This document shows, one piece after another, positions 36,030-43,918 of a stretch of 53,843 nucleotides of DNA. The stretch comes from Verrucomicrobiota bacterium (GTDB lineage: Bacteria; Verrucomicrobiota; Verrucomicrobiia; Chthoniobacterales; UBA10450), in assembly GCA_046725275.1 (NCBI GenBank), contig JBKOYE010000096.1, positions 1 to 53,843 on the forward strand, read 5' to 3'. Position numbers and translations under genes: made by a program. Each line of letters begins with the position of its first letter. Position 1 is the first letter of the stretch. The notes beneath the pieces were generated by a model. It made no database searches. It was not told the DNA's origin and was given only the letters and a program-made list of their open reading frames with translations.

Positions 36030-36406
36030 CTAATGTCGGAACCTCACTTTCAGGGCGTTGGAGCAGGTCGAGGTGCCGGCTTCACACACCCGATAGATGT
36101 AAGTAGCCCAGCCGGAACTCGCCGGTGGAACATTACAGTGTTCGGTACTGTTGCGACCACGATTTCATCGCGCTAGACATCAACGTTGGGTGAAGTCGCC
36201 CCGGTCCAAGTGAGATCCACCGTATTTACTCCCCCCACCTTACGCCCTGAGGCGCTGAGCGTGATCGGTCCAGGTGTCGACGGCGGAGTTGATGTCGTAG
36301 TTGGCATGGCTGCCGCAGTTGTGGGCTGGCAGCCAAAACAACGTAAATCGTCGGCGCCATTCCCAGCCCACTCTTCGCCAGACTTAGGCCGTCTTACCTT
36401 ACTCGG
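36030..36406 (-). pseudogene. Decayed C-terminal extension of the upstream secreted-protein gene (two TAG stops and one frameshift)
   Basis: In frame after the TAG at 36407..36409: PSKVRRPKSGEEWAGNGADDLRCFGCQPTTAAAMPTTTSTPPSTPGPITLSASGRKVGGVNTVDLTWTGATSPNVDV, then TAG (36173..36175), then RDEIVVATVPNT... After a frameshift it reads ...SSGWATYIYRVCEAGTSTCSNALKVRFRH* (stop 36030..36032). I translated this codon by codon. Confidence 0.7.
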
Positions 36407-38518
36407 CTACTCGTTACTGTGTATTGTAACGGTGGCGTTATCCGGCGAACCGATTATATAGGTCGGACGCGGGGATAACGTAAGGATGACCGTTTCGTCC
36501 GGTTCGGAAATCGTGTCGTCGATGGCGCGGACCCTAATCATCCCCGAAGCTGCGCCAGCCCGAATATTGAGGCGCCCAGAAAGCATCCGGTAATCGCTTC
36601 CATTACTGGCGGTGCCGGTGACTGTGTAGAACACCCGCAGCTGGCTGGTCGTCGAGCCAGTGCGAGTGATCTGGAACGTGCCGGTGTCGCTTGCCGGCAC
36701 TTCGGACGCGTTGGCGTCGGGCGCGGTAATCGTAACAGTCGGCAGTGTCGGAGTCGGCGTGGGTGTCGCGGTTGGGGTTGCGGTGGGTGTGGCCGTTGGC
36801 GTCGGGGTTGGCGTAGCACTACCCAGATTGAACGCGCCAATTCGCAATCGCCATCCAATGGAGCTAGTCGCGGGGACGTACTCATTGATGTACCAGAAAG
36901 TCATGTCGTCGGTTGGATCGATGTCAATAGCCGTGTAGTCGCCCCAACGAGCGCTACCTGTCTGGGAGCCAGTGCCGTTGATGATGGATCCTTCGCCCAA
37001 GGTCATCACGCCCGGCGGATCGCCGTCGTGGCGGGCGGTGTAAAACACGCTTGGAAACACCGTGCTACTCGAGGCGCTAAAGCCAAGGGCAATATCTCCA
37101 AGTGAATTCATGGCGATGCTGCCCATCCAGCGATGAATTCCATCGGTAAGACCGGGCGCGTAAGTGCCTTCCTGGAAAATAACGGGGCTATTATTGGGGC
37201 TGCGCAGTTCCCACCAGCGAACGCCGGACACGACGCCGTTAGGTCCTGCTCCGGCATTCACCGACTGATTGGTGACCAGCGATTCATGGTCGCCAAAATT
37301 ACGATAGGCAAGGCGAAACAGCGGACGCTGGCGATAGCCCAAATGATCGATTTTGTTGGTGGTACCTGGCTGCGGAATACATGCGCGCGTTGAGGTGCAA
37401 GTTGAACTCAGGATCGAGTTAAATGGTTGAGTCGGCAGCGTGTTAGTCAAAGTGAAAGTCGAATTCCCAGGAGTGACTGGGTCATAGTGGAACTTGTAAA
37501 TGTTTAACGCATCCAAAGGTGCCCCGTAACCGCCATTGTTATCTTGTGAGCCCACAAAAAAGTTGGGACTTCCGACTGGCGGCGGCATCATCCCATCAAG
37601 ATCGCTCGGCAACAAGCCGTCGCCCACGACGTATAACGGGTTTGGCGGTGCAAGGAACCCGACAACCGTCGCGTTGGGATTGCCTGCCAAGGCCTGGGCG
37701 CGATCCAGCGCATACGCGCCAGCACCGACAAATTGCGAGCCATTCAGGAATTCCCGCGTGCTGAAGTAGTAGGCGTCCGGCCACACGCCGCCTTTCGGGT
37801 AATCGGGAAAATTGTTTCCGGTTGAAATCGCATAGCGAAAGTACGACCCGGTCGGATCGTTGGTCTGCGAAACCGCGACACACTCAAAGTAGGTTGGTCC
37901 ACTGCTGGTAAATTGGGTAAGAATCCAGCGATCTGCCAGCTGGTCGTAAAGCACGACTGGATCGCCGGCATTATCTGTCTGGCAGTCCCCACCGAATCCA
38001 GACCAAAGCGTGTTGTTTGCTGCCGGCCCAAACAGGGATTGCCCAGCCTTATTGAAGATCTGAAAATGCAGGTTGGCCATCGTCACCACATGATTGGGAC
38101 CCACCGCTCCATTGGGGTCTGGCGGCGAGCAGCCGCACAGGTTGCTATTCCCATCGAAAGTGATGATGGGGGGAGCTATTTCAATCTTGTCGAGCACTCG
38201 CTGCACAACTGGATCCGCCACAACCGGACCAAGGGGCGCCGTGTGTGGCAGGATTTCGCGGTCTTCGTTCTCACGCAGCGTACACCCTGTTACAGGGAGC
38301 GGCACCATGTCGCGCAGCGGCGGCGAGATGTCGAACTTCACCACCGGCATCACGCCGCGAAATTCGGCCTGCACAATAGGCTGTGAACTGCCCGATTGCG
38401 TAGAGGGCGTTCGTGGCTGCGCCACCAGGACAATTGTGATTCCCGCAAAGCACAGCAGGACACCAACTAGGAGACGAAGTTTAAAGAATGCGGATTGCGA
38501 AGCGGATTTCTTTTTCAT
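36407..38518 (-). CDS. Secreted protein of unknown function with a Thr/Pro linker and a C-terminal Calx-beta-like domain
   Basis: Signal peptide MKKKSASQSAFFKLRLLVGVLLCFAGITIVLVA. About 560 aa are unassigned (CGCSPPDPNGAVGPNHVV...WPDAYYFSTREF...). The linker is TPTPTPTATPTATPTATPTPTPT (about 36747..36815). The tail has VTITAPDANASE...FQITRTG...VFYTVTGTASNGSDY...IRAGAASGMIRVRAIDDTISEPDETVILTL, typical of Calx-beta. Confidence 0.75.
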   Translation of the reverse strand: MKKKSASQSAFFKLRLLVGVLLCFAGITIVLVAQPRTPSTQSGSSQPIVQAEFRGVMPVVKFDISPPLRDMVPLPVTGCTLRENEDREILPHTAPLGPVVADPVVQRVLDKIEIAPPIITFDGNSNLCGCSPPDPNGAVGPNHVVTMANLHFQIFNKAGQSLFGPAANNTLWSGFGGDCQTDNAGDPVVLYDQLADRWILTQFTSSGPTYFECVAVSQTNDPTGSYFRYAISTGNNFPDYPKGGVWPDAYYFSTREFLNGSQFVGAGAYALDRAQALAGNPNATVVGFLAPPNPLYVVGDGLLPSDLDGMMPPPVGSPNFFVGSQDNNGGYGAPLDALNIYKFHYDPVTPGNSTFTLTNTLPTQPFNSILSSTCTSTRACIPQPGTTNKIDHLGYRQRPLFRLAYRNFGDHESLVTNQSVNAGAGPNGVVSGVRWWELRSPNNSPVIFQEGTYAPGLTDGIHRWMGSIAMNSLGDIALGFSASSSTVFPSVFYTARHDGDPPGVMTLGEGSIINGTGSQTGSARWGDYTAIDIDPTDDMTFWYINEYVPATSSIGWRLRIGAFNLGSATPTPTPTATPTATPTATPTPTPTLPTVTITAPDANASEVPASDTGTFQITRTGSTTSQLRVFYTVTGTASNGSDYRMLSGRLNIRAGAASGMIRVRAIDDTISEPDETVILTLSPRPTYIIGSPDNATVTIHSNE

Positions 38519-38733
38519 TGGATGGAGTTTTGGCTGAGTCGTGCTGTTGTCGCCACGCTGTAAGGCGCAGCGACTTGATTTCTCCCGGTGTGATTAATCT
38601 TCCCGGTTCCAACAGTGGAACCCCCTTTTACCTGAATTCGCAAAAACGTGTCAACACGATTTTTAGAAGCGAAAGAAAAATAGAAATAGTCTGATCTGCT
38701 TTTTGTGTGCAGCTCACGACGTCGCACGCGGCA

Positions 38734-38757
38734 CTTCGCACAGCGAAGCGGCTACAG
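38734..38757. repeat. Stop-proximal hairpin element, copy 2
   Basis: Sequence CTTCGCACAGCGAAGCGGCTACAG. Stem CTTCGC / GCGAAG with loop ACA. It ends 2 nt from the E2 stop codon (38760..38762). Confidence 0.65.
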
Positions 38758-38759
38758 AT

Positions 38760-40142
38760 TTAGACCATTAGCAGCGCTGGATTTTCCAGCAGGTGACGCA
38801 GTTCTTTCAGATATTCCGCGCCGAGCGCTCCGTCGACAACGCGATGGTCGCAGCTCATCGTGATCGACATGCGGTGGCCGACCACGATTTGATCGCAGTC
38901 ATCGACGGCCGGAACTTTGGTGATCTTGCCGACAGCGAGAATGAATCCTTGCGGTGGATTGATGACGGCGGAGAAACTGTCGATGCCCATCCCACCGAGA
39001 TTTGAGACCGTGAACGTGCCGCCCTGAAATTCTTCGGGCTTCATTCGCTTGTTACGGGCGCGGTGCGCGAGGTCCTTGGCCAACGCGCTGATCTCGCGAA
39101 GCGATTTGTCTTGCGCCGCGCGAATCACCGGCGTCAGCAGTCCATCTTCAATCGCCACCGCGACGCCCAAATCGACATCGGCATACTGAACGATTGTGTC
39201 ACCGTCGAAAGAGGCGTTCACACGCGGTACCTTGACCGCAGCTAGCACCGCCGCTTTCAAAACGAAATCGTTGACGGTGATCTTTGCAGCGTCCGCGCCT
39301 TCGCCTGCGGACTTCAATTCCTCACGCGCTTCCATCAGTGGGCCCGCATTCACGTCGATCGTAAGATAAAAGTGGGGAACGGGGCCGAGGCTTTCGACCA
39401 GCCGCTGTGCAATGATTTTCCGCATCCCGGAAAGTTGAATACGCGCGCTTTCGCCAGCCTTGACTGCGGCCTGCGCCTTCGTTTCGGCTCTTGTGCCGCC
39501 GCGGTCAGCGCCCGCGGCTACAGATTTGGCCGCTGCGCGAACGTCGGTTTCAGTAACACGCCCCTCCGGGCCTGTTCCTTTCACGGTCGAAAGATCAACC
39601 CCGAGTTCAGCTGCGATCCGGCGCGCAACAGGCGACGCTTTGACACGCGCTTCTTCAGGCTGTGGCGGCAGCCGTGTCGGCTGCGCACGCGACACGCTTG
39701 GTTTCTCCTCTTTTTTCTTTTCCTCTTTCGGTGAGGGCGCCTTTTTCTTTTCTTTCTCTTCCGCTTTCGGGGCCTCCGGTTTCTCTTTCGGCTTTTCTTC
39801 CTTTTTTGCTTCCTCTTCCTTAGGCTCCTCTTTTGCTTTTTCTTCTTCTTTGGCTTGCGGTTTTTTCTCTTTTTCCTCCTTCTCTTCTTCCTTCGGCGTT
39901 TCCTCGCCTTCGCTGCGGATGAACGCGATTTTATCGCCCACGTTCACCTTGCCGCCTTCCTGAACATAAATTTCGCTGAGCGTCCCGTCCTCCGGTGACT
40001 CCCATTCCATCGTCGCCTTGTCGGTCTCGATCTCGGCTAGCACTTCGCCGGCCGAAACCTGGTCGCCCTTTCTTTTCTTCCACGCAACAAGGGTGCCCTC
40101 GGTCATCGTGTCGCTTAGTTTCGGCATCTGGATTTCAGGCAT
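38760..40142 (-). CDS. pdhC: Dihydrolipoamide acetyltransferase (E2) of a pyruvate-dehydrogenase-type complex
   Basis: Lipoyl domain with EIETDKATME. Long K/E/P-rich linker. Peripheral-subunit-binding motif SPVARRIAAELGVDL. Catalytic domain ending in DHRVVDGA. Substrate specificity is inferred from the E1 alpha/beta context. Confidence 0.85.
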   Translation of the reverse strand: MPEIQMPKLSDTMTEGTLVAWKKRKGDQVSAGEVLAEIETDKATMEWESPEDGTLSEIYVQEGGKVNVGDKIAFIRSEGEETPKEEEKEEKEKKPQAKEEEKAKEEPKEEEAKKEEKPKEKPEAPKAEEKEKKKAPSPKEEKKKEEKPSVSRAQPTRLPPQPEEARVKASPVARRIAAELGVDLSTVKGTGPEGRVTETDVRAAAKSVAAGADRGGTRAETKAQAAVKAGESARIQLSGMRKIIAQRLVESLGPVPHFYLTIDVNAGPLMEAREELKSAGEGADAAKITVNDFVLKAAVLAAVKVPRVNASFDGDTIVQYADVDLGVAVAIEDGLLTPVIRAAQDKSLREISALAKDLAHRARNKRMKPEEFQGGTFTVSNLGGMGIDSFSAVINPPQGFILAVGKITKVPAVDDCDQIVVGHRMSITMSCDHRVVDGALGAEYLKELRHLLENPALLMV

Positions 40143-40177
40143 AAGGAGGAGTGATAAGTGATACGTGATGAGTGTTC

Positions 40178-41161
40178 TTACGCGTAGCAGACCTGTTTCA
40201 CGGCGGCGACGAGTTTTTCGGCGTTCGGCAGCACCGCGTGCTCCAAGTCTTCATTGTAGGGCATCGGGATATCTTCCTGTGATACGCGGAGGACCGGCGC
40301 ATCCAGCTCATCAAAAATGTTTTTTTGAATCCGGTAGCAAACTTCCGCCCCCACTCCGCAGAACGGATGGTCCTGTTCGACAATCACCACACGATGGGTT
40401 TTTGCGACAGAGTCGAAAATCGCCCTCTCGTCGAGCGGTTTAATCGAACGCAGATCCAGAATCTCGGCGGAAATATCTTGGTCTTCGAGGTAAGCCGCGA
40501 CTTTGAACGCGATCGGAACAGTCTGCGCATAGCAAACGACCGTGACATCGCTGCCTTCGCGTTTCACGTCCGCTTTGCCAAGCGGGATGAGCAGTTCTTC
40601 ATCGGGCGGCTCGACCATTCCCTTCGAGCTGTAAAGCAATTCTGCTTCAAGGACCAGCACCGGGTTGTCGTCGCGTACCGCCGTTTTCAACAAACCTTTT
40701 GCATCGCGAGGCGTGGCGGGCGTACAAACTTTCAGACCGGGCACGCTGGCGTAAAAATTTTCCGTCGCATGTGAGTGCGTCGCTGCAAGCTGATGAGCCG
40801 GGCCGTTTGGACCGCGAAAGGTGATCGGAATATTGAATTGGCCACCTGACATCATGAACATGTTGGGCGCGTTGTTCACCACCTGATCGAATGCCACCAG
40901 CGAGAAACTAAATGTCATGAACTCAATGATCGGTCGTAGGCCGACCATTGCCGCTCCGATGCCCAGCCCGGCGAATCCGTTCTCGCTGATCGGAGTGTCA
41001 ATTATGCGTTTCGGCCCGAAGCGCTGCAGCAGCCCGGCGCTCACTTTGTACGCGCCCTGATATTCGGCCACTTCTTCACCCATCAGGAAAACGTTCGGAT
41101 CGCGTTCCAGCTCTTCAGCGAGCGCTTCGTTCAACGCCTGGCGATATGTGATTTCTCTCAC
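40178..41161 (-). CDS. pdhB: Pyruvate dehydrogenase E1 component, beta subunit
   Basis: MREITYRQALNEALAEELERDPNVFLMGEEVAEYQGAYKVS... 327 aa. The GTG start overlaps the pdhA stop (GTGA). Confidence 0.88.
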   Translation of the reverse strand: MREITYRQALNEALAEELERDPNVFLMGEEVAEYQGAYKVSAGLLQRFGPKRIIDTPISENGFAGLGIGAAMVGLRPIIEFMTFSFSLVAFDQVVNNAPNMFMMSGGQFNIPITFRGPNGPAHQLAATHSHATENFYASVPGLKVCTPATPRDAKGLLKTAVRDDNPVLVLEAELLYSSKGMVEPPDEELLIPLGKADVKREGSDVTVVCYAQTVPIAFKVAAYLEDQDISAEILDLRSIKPLDERAIFDSVAKTHRVVIVEQDHPFCGVGAEVCYRIQKNIFDELDAPVLRVSQEDIPMPYNEDLEHAVLPNAEKLVAAVKQVCYA

Positions 41162-42144
41162 GGCTTCGCTCCGTTGAAATAGACGTAGTCATGAAGTTTC
41201 TCGACCGGCAGCTCGGGGCTTTGTTCGGCGAACTTCACCGCTGCCAGAACAGTTTCCTTGGCTCGCTTGTCGAGCTGATCGAACTGTTCGTTGGTCAATT
41301 TACCCTCGCGCGTGAGCTGCGCGCGCAGACGTATGATCGGATCATCAAGGCGATATTTTTCTAATTCCTCCTTGGTCCGGTAACTTGCCGGATCTGACAT
41401 GGAGTGGCCTCGGTAGCGATACGTGCGCACTTCCAAAAACGCCGGATGCGATTCTTTCCGGATCGAATCGGCAACCTCCGCGACTTTATCGCGCACTTCG
41501 CGAAAGTTCATTCCATCCACGATTTCCCCGGGGATATCGTAACCCTCGGCGCGATCTACGATCTGCTTGAGCGAGGTCGATCGTTTCACCGACGTGCCCA
41601 TGGCAAAAAGGTTGTTTTCGCAAATGAAAATGATCGGCAGTCTGTACAACGCAGCGAGATTCAGCGCTTCGTGGAATGACCCTTGATTGATCGCGCCGTC
41701 ACCGAAGAAGCAGAGCGTGACGCGGTCGTCGCCCCTGTACTTGATGGCAAAAGCCAATCCCACCGCCAGCGGGACGTGCGCGCCTACGATCGCATGCCCG
41801 CCATACATGTGGTGTTGCTTGTCGAAGAAGTGCATCGATCCACCGAGGCCCCGCGAACAGCCGGTTTCTTTCCCGAAAAGCTCCGCCATGCATGCGTTTG
41901 CGGTTGTGCCGCGGGCAAGAGCGTGTCCGTGATCACGGTAGGCAGTGATGACGTAATCATCGGGACGCACGGCAGCAATGGCGCCGGTCACGAGCGCTTC
42001 CTGACCAATATAAAGGTGACAAAAGCCGCCAATCTTCTGCGCTTGGTACTGCTGGCTGGCGCGTTCCTCAAAACGCCGGATCAGCAGCATCAGCGAGAGC
42101 ATCTCGACCTCGTCGCGCTGCTCCACCGGCTGCATGGCGGTCAA
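41158..42144 (-). CDS. pdhA: Pyruvate dehydrogenase E1 component, alpha subunit (ThDP-binding)
   Basis: Motifs: YRDHGHALARG, GGSMHFFD, FFGDGAINQGSFHEALNLAALYRLPIIFICENN (ThDP motif). The ORF track starts at TTG 42144; an ATG at 42135 is an alternative start. Confidence 0.88.
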   Translation of the reverse strand: MTAMQPVEQRDEVEMLSLMLLIRRFEERASQQYQAQKIGGFCHLYIGQEALVTGAIAAVRPDDYVITAYRDHGHALARGTTANACMAELFGKETGCSRGLGGSMHFFDKQHHMYGGHAIVGAHVPLAVGLAFAIKYRGDDRVTLCFFGDGAINQGSFHEALNLAALYRLPIIFICENNLFAMGTSVKRSTSLKQIVDRAEGYDIPGEIVDGMNFREVRDKVAEVADSIRKESHPAFLEVRTYRYRGHSMSDPASYRTKEELEKYRLDDPIIRLRAQLTREGKLTNEQFDQLDKRAKETVLAAVKFAEQSPELPVEKLHDYVYFNGAKP

Positions 42145-42728
42145 GCAGTGCGCGGAACTGCAGCGCGGGCCCGCGATCCCTCCGCGCTTCGGCCAAGATT
42201 AATGCAAACAACAAAAAGCAGAGTGAACAAGAGATCACTGACGACTGAATTACGGAAGAACATCCAGCTGGGAGTAGCGCTGTATTGAGGCAAGCCAAGC
42301 GTCAGCGATTGGATAAGTCCGGAAAAGTTCTTCGCGTAGCCAGGGTCATAAATCCACGAAACGGAATTGGTGATCACGTAGAAGATGAACGACGCGGCGA
42401 ACGATGCAGGCAGGAGCGTCTTCCACGAAGCGCGGTTTTGCAGCAGCAATCCAAGGCAGCCGACGATCGCAAAGCCAACGTAGTGCGAGAGCACAAAGGG
42501 ACTAAAGAGTGAAAAGCCGTAGTGAGCGTCCAACACAATGTCCGAGATCAGCAGCGCGATCATGGGGACAGTGAATTTGTACTTACGCGGAAAGTACGCA
42601 GCCGCGCAGAGTGCAATCGCGGCGATGGGCGCGAAGTTCATCCACCCGATCGAACCGGAGTGTCCGAAGAAGCCTGTGGCGATACGAAATACGACCGCCG
42701 CGATCACGAGGAGAAGCGCAGGAATCAT
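42141..42728 (-). CDS. Small polytopic membrane protein, DUF6580-like putative transporter component
   Basis: The ORF is open to 42809. ATG 42728 gives MIPALLLVIAAVVFRIATG...MNFAPIAAIALCAAAYF...ALLISDIVLD, the pattern I recall for DUF6580. Its stop abuts or overlaps the pdhA start. Confidence 0.55.
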   Translation of the reverse strand: MIPALLLVIAAVVFRIATGFFGHSGSIGWMNFAPIAAIALCAAAYFPRKYKFTVPMIALLISDIVLDAHYGFSLFSPFVLSHYVGFAIVGCLGLLLQNRASWKTLLPASFAASFIFYVITNSVSWIYDPGYAKNFSGLIQSLTLGLPQYSATPSWMFFRNSVVSDLLFTLLFVVCINLGRSAEGSRARAAVPRTA

Positions 42729-42822
42729 TCCACAGAATCTATGCGGTCGGTGCGATATGCAAAGGGATTTGCTGTAACCTGTGAGACGCGCGGTGGGCGC
42801 GCATTGCAAACACCTCGGCCGC

Positions 42823-42848
42823 CGCCTCGCACAGCGAGGCAGCTACAG
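42823..42848. repeat. Stop-proximal hairpin element, copy 3
   Basis: Sequence CGCCTCGCACAGCGAGGCAGCTACAG. It has a 7-bp stem and loop ACA, and ends 4 nt from the rpsT stop codon (42853..42855). Confidence 0.7.
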
Positions 42849-42852
42849 CGGA

Positions 42853-43101
42853 CTATTTCGCCGCAGCCAGCGCCCTGTTGAGCCGCGCTTTGCGGCGATT
42901 TGCTGCGTTTCTATGAATGATTCGGCGCTTGGCAGCTTTATCGATCGCTGAAATGACTGCGCGAATTTCATCGGGATTCGGCGCGGGCGCGGAGCGTATT
43001 CGCTTCTGCAGTCTTCGTAGATGCGTCTTAACGCTTTGATTACGACGCGCTCGGTTCAATGTCTGCCGGGCGCGTTTATCGGCTGATCTCGTGTTGGCCA
43101 T
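42853..43101 (-). CDS. rpsT: 30S ribosomal protein S20
   Basis: MANTRSADKRARQTLNRARRNQSVKTHLRR... 82 aa, basic. Confidence 0.9.
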   Translation of the reverse strand: MANTRSADKRARQTLNRARRNQSVKTHLRRLQKRIRSAPAPNPDEIRAVISAIDKAAKRRIIHRNAANRRKARLNRALAAAK

Positions 43102-43144
43102 GACCGATCAAAACTTTCTATGCGGACGCTCGCGAACGCAACGA

Positions 43145-43891
43145 TTACAATCGTTTGTTCGCTGCGAGCTTCGCTTTCTGCCGGGCGCCGGCAAGCGCTC
43201 CGCCAATTCGCATTTGTTCCACAGTGAGCGAGCTGGAAGGTGGCGTTGCGAGCGTGGTGGCACTTATCTGCGATTGCGGCTGCGGCGTTAGGTTTGCAGC
43301 GACGATACCGTTACTTGTTTCCTGACGCGCCTTCGCCTTCACCAGCTTGGGCAGATGATCAGGAATGACTTGCACAACCGCGCCGAGCGGCACTTGCTCA
43401 TAAAGCGCAGCGACGTCGCTCGATTTCATCCGGATGCATCCGTAACTGGCAGGGCGACCAATCTTTTTTTCCTCCGGGGTACCGTGAATGTAAATGCAAC
43501 GTTGATAAGCATGCGCGTTTTGCGCTTCCAATCCGCGTAGCCAGATGATGCGCGTAGTGATCGGGTCGCGCCCCGGAGCGTTGGGCTGAAGAACTTCGCC
43601 CGTCATCCGTCGGTTATGGAAAACGGCGCCCACGGGGGCGTTGTCTCCAATCTTTTTCTCGACGGCCAGATAACCCAGAGGCGTGGTCATTCGCCCCCAC
43701 GCGTCCCCTAGACCGAACATTGAAGTGGACACTGGATAGATCGCCACTTTTTCGCCGTTGCGCAGAAGCATCAGCTTCTGATCACGCACGCTGATGACCA
43801 GTTGGTTCGAAGTGTCCAGTGGCGCGATCGCAAACGCGGACGCAGCCGAAATGAGACTAAAAATTACTGCCAGGGGCCGAAGCATGGGCAA
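43145..43891 (-). CDS. L,D-transpeptidase (YkuD domain), secreted
   Basis: Signal peptide followed by IYIHGTPEEKKIGRPASYGCIRMKSSDV, the YkuD His / Cys-Ile-Arg active-site block. Confidence 0.85.
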   Translation of the reverse strand: MPMLRPLAVIFSLISAASAFAIAPLDTSNQLVISVRDQKLMLLRNGEKVAIYPVSTSMFGLGDAWGRMTTPLGYLAVEKKIGDNAPVGAVFHNRRMTGEVLQPNAPGRDPITTRIIWLRGLEAQNAHAYQRCIYIHGTPEEKKIGRPASYGCIRMKSSDVAALYEQVPLGAVVQVIPDHLPKLVKAKARQETSNGIVAANLTPQPQSQISATTLATPPSSSLTVEQMRIGGALAGARQKAKLAANKRL

Positions 43892-43918
43892 ACCTTTTAG
43901 CCGACAATTGCTACTTTG

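Noticed and set aside
36173-36409. Possible reassignment or readthrough of TAG, suggested by two in-frame amber codons in the secreted-protein tail.
   Set aside because: TAG is the terminator at the expected C-termini of gpmI (7672), dgt (32966) and rpsT (42853). A frameshift also follows the second TAG. Pseudogenisation explains the data better.
35958-36461. Plus-strand ORFs 35958..36176 and 36186..36461 as genes in the apparent gap.
   Set aside because: The opposite strand carries recognisable though decayed domain sequence that is in frame with the upstream gene. The plus-strand products are featureless.
36747-36815. Short periodic DNA repeat (GGNGTNGGN units) that might be mistaken for a CRISPR-like or tandem-repeat locus.
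   Set aside because: It is the coding sequence of the Thr-Pro/Ala linker within ORF 36407..38518. There are no spacer-repeat structure and no cas genes.
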